From Lysobacterales bacterium (GTDB lineage Bacteria; Pseudomonadota; Gammaproteobacteria; Xanthomonadales; SZUA-36), in contig JANLTO010000017.1 in NCBI GenBank assembly GCA_031362985.1, positions 15,947 to 79,946 on the forward strand: a DNA stretch of 64,000 bases, given 5' to 3'. Position numbers and translations under genes: made by a program. Below the pieces are notes generated by a model. The model was not told the DNA's origin, made no database searches, and saw nothing but the letters and a program-made list of their open reading frames with translations. Positions 1 through 9,344 of this stretch are shown here, one piece after another. How positions within the stretch are numbered: position 1 is the stretch's first letter; every line of letters starts with the position of its first letter.

Positions 1-1355
1 CCGAACTGGTAGGCGAGGATGCCGTACCGCGTGAGCGCTTCGCGTGACAGGGGGTCCAGCTTCGCACCGGCTTCGATAATCGCCAGTCCCTCTTGCAGGT
101 GGCCCACCAAACCCACCGCGGTTCCATACAAGGTATTGGTCTCGACGCTGCCGGGAAACCGGTCCCGCGCGTCTTTGTATAGTGCAAGTGTCGTGGGCCA
201 GTCGAGTGCCAACTGTGCGCTGCGCGCCTTTGCCAGCAGGGCCTCGACGCTGGTGGGTGCCAGTTGTTCCAGCTTGTCAGCCTGGGCGCGCATCTTTGCG
301 GCGCTGACATCAAAAGCCTCCAGGCCGTTACGATTCATCCGGTCCCAGTAGTTGTACATGCCATACCAGGGGGCGACGTAGGTGGGATCCAGCGCAATGG
401 CCTGTTCGAAAAATTGCCTCGCGGTCGCAAGAGTTTCAGGGTCATCCGGAGACCCCTGATAAATGTGCTGTCCGCGCAGGTACGCCTCGTAGGCCTCGGC
501 GTTGTGCGTCCCGCCCACTGACTGCTTATCTTTGCTAAGTAAGGTAAGGCTCAGTGCCTGCGCCACTTTTTCAGCGATATCCGCCTGGATGGCAAAAATA
601 TCATCGAGGTCACGGTCGAAGGTTTCCGACCAGAGGTGGTAACCATCCCTGGTCTTGACCAGCTGTGCGGTGATGCGCACGCGGTTGTTTGCCTTGCGCA
701 CACTGCCTTCGAGCACGTTGGCCACGTTGAGCCGCTCTCCCACCTCGCGCAGGTCGACGTTTTGCCCCTTGAAGGCAAAAGAGGAAGTACGCCCGGTGAC
801 TTTCAGTTCGGGGATCTGCACCAGGGTATTGAGCAGTTCCTCGGAGAGACCATCGGAGAAGTACTCGTTTTCGGGGTCCCCGCTCATGTTCACAAACGGC
901 AGCACCGCGATGGAAAGCTCGTTGCTCTCTGCAGCCGGTGTGGTGCTGGGCCCGCTGGTGGTTGCAGCACCACTGACCTCACCGGCAACGACAGCAGTGG
1001 CAGGAGCCTGCTCGGGAATCAGCCGGTCGGCAATCAGGCCGGCTATGGCCAGCACCAACAGCACGATAATGGTGACGTTGATCTTGCGCCCGGTCTCGTG
1101 GGTGATCGATTGCTCGCGATCGATTTCACGCTCGCGCTTGATGCCCTCCGGAGTGAGTTCAAAAACCCAGGAAAAAATCAGCGCAAAAGGAAATCCGATG
1201 GCCAGCAGGATGAGCACGAAGCGAAACGCCCACCCTGGCACTTCGAGCTGGTCAAACAGCACATCGGCAATCTGCAGGATCAGCCAGCTGGCTATGCCAT
1301 ACAGCACAGCCATGCGGATCACGTTACGCCGTTTGAGTTCCTCGAATAGAGACAT
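1..1355 (-). CDS. Membrane-anchored TolB-N-like / TPR repeat protein (N-terminal ~451 codons; runs off the left edge)
   Basis: Not in the ORF track because there is no stop inside the window. Manual reverse translation from ATG (1355-1353) gives MSLFEELKRRNVIRMAVLYGIASWLILQIADVLF... (TM helices). It continues LSIAVLPFVNMSGDPENEYFSDGLSEELLNTL...VLEGSVRKANNRVRITAQLV, then a TPR-like region, and stays open to position 1. The + ORFs 636..1349 and 655..1422 are shadows of this frame. Confidence 0.8.
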   Translation of the reverse strand, partial: MSLFEELKRRNVIRMAVLYGIASWLILQIADVLFDQLEVPGWAFRFVLILLAIGFPFALIFSWVFELTPEGIKREREIDREQSITHETGRKINVTIIVLLVLAIAGLIADRLIPEQAPATAVVAGEVSGAATTSGPSTTPAAESNELSIAVLPFVNMSGDPENEYFSDGLSEELLNTLVQIPELKVTGRTSSFAFKGQNVDLREVGERLNVANVLEGSVRKANNRVRITAQLVKTRDGYHLWSETFDRDLDDIFAIQADIAEKVAQALSLTLLSKDKQSVGGTHNAEAYEAYLRGQHIYQGSPDDPETLATARQFFEQAIALDPTYVAPWYGMYNYWDRMNRNGLEAFDVSAAKMRAQADKLEQLAPTSVEALLAKARSAQLALDWPTTLALYKDARDRFPGSVETNTLYGTAVGLVGHLQEGLAIIEAGAKLDPLSREALTRYGILAYQF

Positions 1356-1360
1356 GATTA

Positions 1361-1497
1361 TGGGGTCAGGATTATGGGGTCAGCAGGATGCATGGGGTCA
1401 GAGTACTATTTGGGGTAAGTGACCCCAAATAGTACTCTGACCCCAGATACCTGACCCCAGATACAGATATTTTGACCCCAGATATTCTCTGACCCCA
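1361..1497. repeat. Array of TGGGGTCA / TGACCCCA octamers centred on a 24-bp perfect inverted repeat (1393-1416 / 1422-1445)
   Basis: TGGGGTCA at 1361, 1375 and 1393, plus the variant TGGGGTAA at 1411. TGACCCCA at 1420, 1438, 1452, 1473 and 1490. Arms TGGGGTCAGAGTACTATTTGGGGT and its exact reverse complement are separated by AAGTG. Confidence 0.9.
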
Positions 1498-1501
1498 CGT
1501 T

Positions 1502-3283
1502 TTATGGTATGCGCGCATACACTACCTTCCCGCCGAACAGCGTGGCAACGACTTTCGCATCTGAAATGCCGGCAGGGTCAATCTCGAACAAGTTCGTGTC
1601 AAGAATCACCAGGTCGCCCAGCTTGCCGACTGCTATGCTGCCGGTACTATCATCCAGGTGATTGACGTAGGCCGCGTTGATGGTTGCGGCCGCGAGGGCT
1701 TGTTCCAGCGTGATGCGTTCCTGCGGCATAAACACCGGGGTGTTGCCGGTCAGTGGCTCAACCCGGGTAACCGCCGTCTCTATGGCGAGCAGCGGATCAG
1801 GTGATGTTACGTTCCAGTCCGAACCGAAAGCAACGCGGCCTTTGGCTTGTACGATGCTGTTGATGGGATAAGTCCAGCGATACCGCTCCGGACCCACTCG
1901 TGGCAGGGTCAACTCAGTGAGGAAACTGTCCTCGAAGGCCCACATCGGCGAGAAAGTTGCCGTGACATTAAGCTCAGCAAAGCGGCTGATGTCGGCAGGA
2001 TCGACGAATTCAACATGCGCGAGGTGATGCCGCCCGTTGGTTTTGCCGTTACGCTGCTGCGCCAATTCAAAAGCTTCCAGGGCCGCGCGAACGGCCGCAT
2101 CGCCGATCACGTGGATGTGCACCTGGAAGCCCAGCGCATCCAATTGCGCCACGGCCTCGTTGAATATTTCCGGCGGTATTTTCAGCTCGCCTTTGTAACC
2201 CGGCTGGTCCGTATAATCCTGTAGTAATGCCGCCGTGCGGGGCTCTACCACGCCATCGAGGAAGAACTTCACCGTATTGGCAGTGATCAGTCCGCCGGTA
2301 TAACGGTCACGGGCGGCGACGAGTCGCGGGACCTGCTCCAATCCTTGCTCATCGTCCCACAACAGGGAAATCACCGTGTGCATTTGCAATTCACCGCTGT
2401 CGGCAAACTTACGATAGGTTGCGAGTGCCTGCAGCGGGCTTTCCGGGTCCGCGCTGGCGGAGGCCTCCTGCATGGCGGTAATGCCCAGACTATGCAGGTA
2501 TTCGATCGCACGTTGCATGCCGGCATCACGCTGGCTGGCCGGGGGCGGTGGCACGTGCGCCCGAATCAGGTCCATGGCGGATTCCTGGAAACTTCCCACT
2601 GCCTCACCGGTGGCCGGGTCGCGGTCGATGCGACCATTGGGCGGGTCGGGGGTTTCGGCGGTAATCCCGGCGATCTCCAGCGCGCGGCTGTTGGCCCAGG
2701 CCGTATGGCCATCAGCGGAGGAAAACAGCACCGGCCGGTCGCTGATCACTTCATCGAGCAGTGCCTTGTTGGGAATGCCGCTCGGGGCGAAAGCCGTGAG
2801 CTGCCAGCCGCCACCGATGATCCACTCGCGATCCGGCATGGAGGTTTTGCATTCCCCGACCTTGTTCAAATAGGTCTGCACGGTTGAGGGCAGGATATCC
2901 AGGCTGCAATCAAAATAATCCAGGCCCGACGTGTAGGGATGCGCATGCGCATCCTGGAAACCGGGCAGAACCAAACCGCCGGGTTGGGACAGCACGGTGG
3001 TGTCCGGCCCGGTCAATTCATCCACCTGCGCGTTGGTGCCTACGAGCACAATCAATCCATCCCGGATCGCCACGGCCTCTGCCCAGGGTTGCTGCGGGTC
3101 GAGGGTATAGACCCTCGCGTCCCGCACTACTACATCGGCAAATTCGGCGGCATTGGCCACGGCCGGTCCGTCAGCAGGCTGTGCGGCAGCAACAGATTCA
3201 GCTTGCGGACCGGCTTGCGGACCGCAGGCAGAAAGCATGAGTGCAGCCAGACCCAAACAAATCATGGAGTGGAATGATTTCAT
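1502..3283 (-). CDS. Metal-dependent amidohydrolase (amidohydrolase_3/YtcJ-like), predicted lipoprotein
   Basis: Track ORF 1502..3310. I moved the start to ATG 3283, which has GAGG 8 nt upstream; 3310 is TTG. Lipobox-like signal MKSFHSMICLGLAALMLSAC. Motifs GFQDAHAHP (HxH), QVHIHVIGD, AFGSDW. Confidence 0.85.
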   Translation of the reverse strand: MKSFHSMICLGLAALMLSACGPQAGPQAESVAAAQPADGPAVANAAEFADVVVRDARVYTLDPQQPWAEAVAIRDGLIVLVGTNAQVDELTGPDTTVLSQPGGLVLPGFQDAHAHPYTSGLDYFDCSLDILPSTVQTYLNKVGECKTSMPDREWIIGGGWQLTAFAPSGIPNKALLDEVISDRPVLFSSADGHTAWANSRALEIAGITAETPDPPNGRIDRDPATGEAVGSFQESAMDLIRAHVPPPPASQRDAGMQRAIEYLHSLGITAMQEASASADPESPLQALATYRKFADSGELQMHTVISLLWDDEQGLEQVPRLVAARDRYTGGLITANTVKFFLDGVVEPRTAALLQDYTDQPGYKGELKIPPEIFNEAVAQLDALGFQVHIHVIGDAAVRAALEAFELAQQRNGKTNGRHHLAHVEFVDPADISRFAELNVTATFSPMWAFEDSFLTELTLPRVGPERYRWTYPINSIVQAKGRVAFGSDWNVTSPDPLLAIETAVTRVEPLTGNTPVFMPQERITLEQALAAATINAAYVNHLDDSTGSIAVGKLGDLVILDTNLFEIDPAGISDAKVVATLFGGKVVYARIP

Positions 3284-3371
3284 AATGACCTCAAAGTAGA
3301 GTTTGCCCAAGTTCAGTTTCCCGCGGTAAGTGTTCCGGCATCAGGGGTTCTTGCCCGTAAGGGGCGCGCAA

Positions 3372-4556
3372 TCAGGGCGAGCGTGCGGCCAGTTTCGTGC
3401 CCGGCTTGGCCAACGCCAGCTCCCAGAAACGCGTCGTGAGGGAGCTGATGTTGTTACTTTCGACATTCATCAATACCACGATTCCGATGTTGTGGCTGGC
3501 CGACCAGGCGACATCCGCACGGTAACCGGACACCCAGCCGCTGTGATAGGCAATTTCCTCCTCACCCACCTGGTACACACGCCAACCGAGGCCGTAGTGT
3601 GCATCAGTGAGGATAGTCTTCCAATCCTTGTGCTGCAGGCTGCGCGGAGTTCTCACCCTTGGCTGCACCACCATGTTGATGACTTCCGGCGATATGACCA
3701 GCGGGTTTGCCCCCAGCTGCGCCATCACCCACTTGCTCATGTCGTCGATGCTGGCATTCACGCCGGCGGCGGGCGCCACGTTGTAGTAGTTGGGCCGCAC
3801 CTTCACGGTTATCCACGAACCCTTGTTTTTGACGTGGGGCTGCGCGCGGTTGTGACTGGCCATAAACGCATCAAAACCGACGGACGCGGTGTACATGTCC
3901 AGAGGTTTGAAAATGCGCTGTTGCAGCAGGTTGGCATAGGAGTTGGCGCTGACTTTTTCCACCACCGGCTGGATCAGGCTAAAGACGCTGTTCTGGTAGG
4001 AGTAGCAATCGCCGGGTGCGCAGGTCAGGGTCAGTTCCGCCATCCGTAGCTGGATTTCCGCGGCAGGCACGCCCTCTTCGAGCAGATTGTCATACGCATG
4101 GGAGACCAGCCCTGTGCTTTGTCCAAGAAGATTCTGGATTTGAATTTTGCTGGCATCGCCCTTGATGTGAAACGCCGGCAGGTACTCGGTAACCGGATCA
4201 TCCAATGACAGTATGCCTTCCTGCACCATCTGGGCTGTGAGCTCGGCGGCAAATGTTTTCGAAACCGAGGCGAGGCGGAATACGGTGTCGGTGTTGATAC
4301 GCTGCTTGCGGTTGGTATCGGTGAACCCCGCAATTCCCATGCGAATCACATGTTCCTTCGACACCACCGCGTAGGCGGCACCGAGAACCCTATCCTCTGT
4401 AACCTGCTGCCTGAACCAGCCTTCGAATTTATCGGCCAGTGCCTGCTGGGGGGAAGGCACGCCCGCTGCCAGGGCACTGGAGCAGGCCGGCAAGCAGCTG
4501 GCTATGGTTGTGGCTATCAAAGCCGCGAGGAAGGGAGCGAAATGTCTGTGTCTCAT
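3372..4556 (-). CDS. Serine hydrolase of the beta-lactamase / penicillin-binding fold (class C-like)
   Basis: 394-aa ORF with an N-terminal signal sequence. SxxK motif in LASVSKTF and YxN-like YSYQNS. Its ATG overlaps the stop of the upstream STAS gene (ATGA at 4553-4556). Confidence 0.85.
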   Translation of the reverse strand: MRHRHFAPFLAALIATTIASCLPACSSALAAGVPSPQQALADKFEGWFRQQVTEDRVLGAAYAVVSKEHVIRMGIAGFTDTNRKQRINTDTVFRLASVSKTFAAELTAQMVQEGILSLDDPVTEYLPAFHIKGDASKIQIQNLLGQSTGLVSHAYDNLLEEGVPAAEIQLRMAELTLTCAPGDCYSYQNSVFSLIQPVVEKVSANSYANLLQQRIFKPLDMYTASVGFDAFMASHNRAQPHVKNKGSWITVKVRPNYYNVAPAAGVNASIDDMSKWVMAQLGANPLVISPEVINMVVQPRVRTPRSLQHKDWKTILTDAHYGLGWRVYQVGEEEIAYHSGWVSGYRADVAWSASHNIGIVVLMNVESNNISSLTTRFWELALAKPGTKLAARSP

Positions 4557-4942
4557 GCTGTGGCTTCGCCGCGTGCAAGGAAGCTAACGGCGCTGCGAAC
4601 GGCCTCGCTGCGGCTATCGAACAATTCCGATTCACGCACCCGGTCGAGGATACCGAGGTGGCCTAGCAGTCGGGCAACAGGGAAAGTCATGCCGACTATG
4701 ATGACATGTTTGCGTTCATCTGCGGCCCGCTGTATCACTTCCCCCAATGCCAGCGCTGCGCTGCCGGCCACGCGCGGGACATCCAGCAGGCCGATGATCA
4801 GCACGCGGTAGTCGCCGATGGCGGCGAAGCGACGGGGCAACTCATTGAGACCTTCAGACAGGTCGCCGCGAAAATTCGCAAGCGAAAGGGTGTTGGGGCG
4901 TAACAACAACAGGTGATCAGCCATGCCGCAGATTATAGTCAT
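4553..4942 (-). CDS. Stand-alone STAS-domain protein (anti-sigma-antagonist / SulP C-terminal-like)
   Basis: 129-aa ORF. The pattern LDVPRVAGSAALALGEVIQRAADERKHVIIVGMTFPVARLLGHLGILDRV...LFDSRSEAV resembles STAS domains. Alternative ATG at 4924 (MADHLL). Confidence 0.55.
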   Translation of the reverse strand: MTIICGMADHLLLLRPNTLSLANFRGDLSEGLNELPRRFAAIGDYRVLIIGLLDVPRVAGSAALALGEVIQRAADERKHVIIVGMTFPVARLLGHLGILDRVRESELFDSRSEAVRSAVSFLARGEATA

Positions 4943-5015
4943 AGCCTGTCGAACTCAGCAAAGTATCCCGGGCGTTTTTCTGCCGGGCGGTTGATTCCAC
5001 GACTGATCTGCTATA

Positions 5016-8000
5016 TTGCCCAACCATCAAGATTACAAAGCCCGGCAACCTATGACAACAGCAGCGGGACAGGCAACAGGCCATCAGGGTCAACTTCTTG
5101 TCACCGTGATCGTTCCTGTGTTCAATGGAGGCTCGGACCTCGAAAAATGCCTGGCTGGAATTGCCGCCTCCACCTATCCGCCGATCGAGATCATCCTGGT
5201 CGATGATGGCTCCACCGACGGTATGACACAGGCTGTGGCAGCGCGCTATGGCGCCAGGATGATTCGACGTGAGCAGATGCAGGGGCCGGCCAGCGCACGC
5301 AATCTGGGCGCCGGTGAGGCCCGCGGCGACATCATTTTTTTCACGGATGCCGATGTTCGTCTCGATCCTGCAGCCATCTCCATTGCAGTGCAAACCCTGG
5401 ATGCCGATGCCGGATTGTGCGCCGTGTTTGGCAGTTACGATGATCAACCCGGACATGCATCTTTCCTTTCGCAGTACCGCAACCTGTTTCACCACTGGGT
5501 GCATCAAACGGGTAAAGCGGAGGCGTTTACTTTCTGGACTGGGTGCGGCGCCATCCGGCGCGAGGTGTTGTTGCAGGCGGGTGGTTTCAACGTGGACTAT
5601 AAACGCCCCAGCATCGAAGATATTGAACTGGGGGCACGGTTGCGCGCATCCGGAAACCGCATCCGGCTGGAAAAGACCATGCTCGGCCAGCATATGAAAC
5701 GCTGGACCTTCTGGAATATGCTCAAGACGGACATTTTCCACCGGGGTATACCGTGGATGGGGCTGGTACTGCGTGAGGGCCACGCGGCCAGTGATCTCAA
5801 CCTGAACCTCAGTTCCCGTTTTGCCACGTTCCTGGCCGGGCTGTTTGGCCTGTCCCTGCTGGTTTTCCCGTTCGCCGGACAGTTAGCGGCCCTTTGGCCC
5901 GCGCTGGCATTGCTGCTGGCCGGAGCGATTTGCGCGTGGCTCACTAACCCGTCTGGCAAGAGTTCCGGATCGGTGTTTTGCACAGCCCTGGCGATCTTGC
6001 TGCCCGCCGCTGCCTACGGGCTTGCGCCCAACCCCTGGGCCGCGGTGCCCCTGGCTATCATCCTTGCAATGATCTGGGCTCAACTGCCTTTTTATCGCTA
6101 CCTGGTGCAAAAGCGCAGCAGCGCGTTTGCCATCGCAGTGGTGCCCATGCAGGTGCTGTTTTTCCTCGGTTGTGTGGTTGCAGTTCCCTTCGGGATTGTC
6201 CTGCATCTGTTCAACCGCCCCCGGTGCGTAAAATTAATTTCGTTGACAGCTCTCGCTTTTGTCTTGCTCCCCGCCCGCCTCGCCGCGGCCCCGGGTGCTG
6301 CCCCGGGTACCGCTCCCGGCTTAGGCCCATCAACCATGTACTCAAGTGTGGCCCAGGTGCATCCGCAAGATGCAGCCATCCCGGCCACGGCAGAGTCCGA
6401 AGCCGGGGATGACGTGGTGTTCCAATTACCGCAGATCATCGTTGAGGGCAAAAAGCCCGAGGTACCGCCGTCCCTGATCGTGCGCAAGCTGGACATTGAG
6501 GACTTCGTCGCCACCAATTCCCATACCGTGGGCGAGGCGCTGACCTACGTGCCTGGGGTAAACGTTCAATATGGCGGAACTTCGGGTGATGCCCGGGCCT
6601 GGGTTCGCGGCTATCGGGACCGCGACGTACTGGTGCTATTTGACGGCATTCCAGTGGCATCCGGATTCGAGGGCACCATTGACCTTAATGAGATTGCGGT
6701 GCAACGGGTGGCGTCCATAGACGTGATCAAGAGTGCACCTTCGGTTATTTACGGCACTAACGCGGTGGGCGGTGTTATCTCCATTGTTCCTGCCGCCGGT
6801 GTTAGCGGATCTTTCCTCGATGGCACTTTGGAGCTGGGCGGCGATGATGAGCGGTTTGCTCACGCCAGCGGCGGAAGCGGCAACGGCAATGTCAGTTTCG
6901 CCCTGTCGGCACAGTACCAGTCGGCAGATGACTATTCCCTGTCGGATAACTACGAGCCCGAGGTCAGTCAACCGGAGGGTGACCGCATCAACAGCGACTA
7001 CGAGCGCAGCAGCCTGTTTTTTCAATTCGATGCCCTGGAATCGCCACTGGGGCACGCGTCTTTTTTTTACAACCTGGCCAATGCGCACAAGGGCCTGCCC
7101 ATTGAATCCGACATAGATGACCCGGATTATGAACGCCTGACGGAGTCAAAGCGGCAGACCATGGGCCTGTCTAACCAGTTTGGCGCGATACCGCTCGCGC
7201 TGAAGCTTTACTACAACTCCTACGACAGCGAACTGACTTCGTACACAGACCCCGATTACAGCTACATTGATGACGTGGAATCCAACGAGGACTACTCCTA
7301 CGGGGGCAATCTGTATTCCACGCTTGAGACATCGAACACCAATACCCTGATCCTCAGCACCGGTGCACAGACCGACGTGTTCACAGGCGCAGGCCAGTTG
7401 GAGGACGGCAACAAAGCCGAGCTGACCACCTACACTCTGGCGGCCGAAGACGAGTACTGGATCACGCAGAAACTGTCGCTGGCCGCGGGGGGAATTTTCG
7501 CTTACTTCGATCAAACGCAACTGAACCAGGCCAGCAGCAAATTCAACCCGCAAATCGCCCTGGGCTGGCAGGTCACACCGCGGGTGTCACTGCACGGCTC
7601 AATCGCACAACGCACCCGCTTCCCGAAACTGCGTGAATTGTACCGGCGGCGTTACGGTAACCCCGACCTCGATCCCCAGACTGCCGTTAATTCCGAGGTC
7701 GGCGTCCTGTTCCAGTACGGCAGGAGCTGGAGCACTGACCTTGCCCTGTTTCACAGCAACATTGACGGTTTGATTGAACGGGCAGACCGGCGTGCCCTGT
7801 ACACCAACTTCGAGCCCGTCACCATTGACGGCATCGAAACCGCAACCAGTGGCTGGATCAGCGATGCGTTCTTTACCCGCCTGGCTTATACCTACATCAA
7901 TGCGACTGAAGACCTGCCCGACGGCGGCAGCCGTCAACTGCGCAGCCGGCCGAAGCACACCGCGATTGCAGAGCTGCGTTATATTTTTCCAGCAGCAGTG

Positions 8001-8234
8001 ACCGTTTCCCTCAGCGGCATTTATGTCTCCGGACTGTACGACCTCGACCCCGACGGACTCTACACACGCCTACCTGGCTACTTTGTTGCCACGGCCAAGG
8101 CTATTTGGGAGTTTAGCGATCACTACGAAGCCTACCTGGCCTTGTCGAATGTCGGTGATGCCGACTACATGCAACGGCTGGGGGACCCGCGCGAAGGCCG
8201 CCGGCTGATGCTGGGTGTGAATTGCGGATTCTGA
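5016..8234 (+). CDS. Single open frame fusing a GT2 family membrane glycosyltransferase (nt 5016-6227) to a complete TonB-dependent outer-membrane receptor precursor (nt 6228-8234)
   Basis: - 1072 codons with no stop; TTG start.
- GT2 part: VTVIVPVFNGG, ILVDDGSTDG, FTDADV, GCGAIRREV, EDIELGARL, then hydrophobic helices.
- TBDR part: signal-like VKLISLTALAFVLLPARLAAA and TonB-box-like DDVVFQLPQIIVEG.
- Plug: TVGEALTYVPGVNVQYGGTSGDARAWVRGYRDRDVLVLFDGIPV.
- C-terminal ...RRLMLGVNCGF, ending in an aromatic residue. Confidence 0.8.
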   Translation: MPNHQDYKARQPMTTAAGQATGHQGQLLVTVIVPVFNGGSDLEKCLAGIAASTYPPIEIILVDDGSTDGMTQAVAARYGARMIRREQMQGPASARNLGAGEARGDIIFFTDADVRLDPAAISIAVQTLDADAGLCAVFGSYDDQPGHASFLSQYRNLFHHWVHQTGKAEAFTFWTGCGAIRREVLLQAGGFNVDYKRPSIEDIELGARLRASGNRIRLEKTMLGQHMKRWTFWNMLKTDIFHRGIPWMGLVLREGHAASDLNLNLSSRFATFLAGLFGLSLLVFPFAGQLAALWPALALLLAGAICAWLTNPSGKSSGSVFCTALAILLPAAAYGLAPNPWAAVPLAIILAMIWAQLPFYRYLVQKRSSAFAIAVVPMQVLFFLGCVVAVPFGIVLHLFNRPRCVKLISLTALAFVLLPARLAAAPGAAPGTAPGLGPSTMYSSVAQVHPQDAAIPATAESEAGDDVVFQLPQIIVEGKKPEVPPSLIVRKLDIEDFVATNSHTVGEALTYVPGVNVQYGGTSGDARAWVRGYRDRDVLVLFDGIPVASGFEGTIDLNEIAVQRVASIDVIKSAPSVIYGTNAVGGVISIVPAAGVSGSFLDGTLELGGDDERFAHASGGSGNGNVSFALSAQYQSADDYSLSDNYEPEVSQPEGDRINSDYERSSLFFQFDALESPLGHASFFYNLANAHKGLPIESDIDDPDYERLTESKRQTMGLSNQFGAIPLALKLYYNSYDSELTSYTDPDYSYIDDVESNEDYSYGGNLYSTLETSNTNTLILSTGAQTDVFTGAGQLEDGNKAELTTYTLAAEDEYWITQKLSLAAGGIFAYFDQTQLNQASSKFNPQIALGWQVTPRVSLHGSIAQRTRFPKLRELYRRRYGNPDLDPQTAVNSEVGVLFQYGRSWSTDLALFHSNIDGLIERADRRALYTNFEPVTIDGIETATSGWISDAFFTRLAYTYINATEDLPDGGSRQLRSRPKHTAIAELRYIFPAAVTVSLSGIYVSGLYDLDPDGLYTRLPGYFVATAKAIWEFSDHYEAYLALSNVGDADYMQRLGDPREGRRLMLGVNCGF

Positions 8235-9334
8235 TTTTGCTCCAGTTCCCGGGTCGACAGAATTTCTGCTTGCGCTGGGGCGTGTGCTTTGGCCTGGCCT
8301 TGCTCCTGACAACGTGCCCAATGCCCACGCTTCGGGCCAGTGATGCTTCCCCCGGATGTACGGCGCTTGCCGGCAAAACCATACGCTGGGTCGTACCGTC
8401 GCAGCCGGGTGGTGGATACGATGCCTATTCGCGCCTGCTGCAACCGTTCCTCGAACACTCGTTGGCAGCCCGTCTGCTGATCGAAAACCTGCACGATGCG
8501 GGTGGCATTGTTGCCGCCGTGACCATACGCGATGCTGCAGCGGATGGAACCACACTCGGCATCATCAATGCTTCCGGTTTGCTCGCGGCGCACGCAATTG
8601 AAGGTCAGCTTGCACCCGATCCCGCCACCGACTTCACTGTGCTTGGGCAGATTGCCAGTAACCACATGGTGGTGTTTGCCGGCCGGGATTCGGGCCTGAA
8701 GGACATCCATGACTTGCTGCGGGTGGCGCAATCCCGCCCCATTGTCGTGGGTGTGCGAGATGCGGGCTCCTCCGGTTTCTACGCAGTGCCGGTTCTCGCC
8801 GAACTGCTGGGCATGGAGTACGCGCTGGTCAGTGGCTATGTCGGCAGTCCGGCACGCACGCTGGCGGTGATGCGCGGCGAGATCGACATCTTCGCGGGCA
8901 ATTTCGACTCCGTGAGCGGGCAGGTAAAAGCGGGGGAACTCATCCCACTACTGCAGTTAACCGAATCGGCGGACAGCACGCTGCCACAACCACAACTTGG
9001 TGGCCCGGAAGGTATCGCAAGCCAGCGGGCCGCGGCCACGGGCCGAACACCGGCGCAAGCGGAGCAATTGGCCAATGACCTGGCTGCCATTGTTGGTGCG
9101 GGGCGTTTGGTGGTTGCTCCCGTGCAGCTGCCTCACCCCATTGCGACCTGCCTGGAAAATTCACTGGCCGAAATTCTGCAAAGTGCTGAGCTTGTGGCCG
9201 CCGCACAGCAGGCACAGTTGAGCATCGACTACCAGGACAGCTTGGCGGCTTACCGGGGCTTGCAGGCGGGCGCCCGGGGAGTGGAGCAGTTTCACGACCT
9301 GATCCAGGCCGCCATCGAACAGGCACGGGAGTAG
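8222..9334 (+). CDS. tctC: Tripartite tricarboxylate transporter substrate-binding protein (TctC/Bug family)
   Basis: 370-aa ORF with a signal sequence. Bug/TctC-type N-terminal core RWVVPSQPGGGYDAYSRLLQPFLE...AGGIVAA. Its TTG start overlaps the TBDR stop by 13 nt, so the start is uncertain. Confidence 0.8.
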   Translation: MRILILLQFPGRQNFCLRWGVCFGLALLLTTCPMPTLRASDASPGCTALAGKTIRWVVPSQPGGGYDAYSRLLQPFLEHSLAARLLIENLHDAGGIVAAVTIRDAAADGTTLGIINASGLLAAHAIEGQLAPDPATDFTVLGQIASNHMVVFAGRDSGLKDIHDLLRVAQSRPIVVGVRDAGSSGFYAVPVLAELLGMEYALVSGYVGSPARTLAVMRGEIDIFAGNFDSVSGQVKAGELIPLLQLTESADSTLPQPQLGGPEGIASQRAAATGRTPAQAEQLANDLAAIVGAGRLVVAPVQLPHPIATCLENSLAEILQSAELVAAAQQAQLSIDYQDSLAAYRGLQAGARGVEQFHDLIQAAIEQARE

Positions 9335-9344
9335 CCCCCGCGTT

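Noticed and set aside
636-1422. Two long + strand ORFs (237 and 255 aa) listed in the track
   Set aside because: Both are shadows of the real minus-strand gene that starts at 1355 and runs off the window. Their translations are low-complexity and match no family. The minus frame gives a coherent TM + TolB-N-like + TPR protein.
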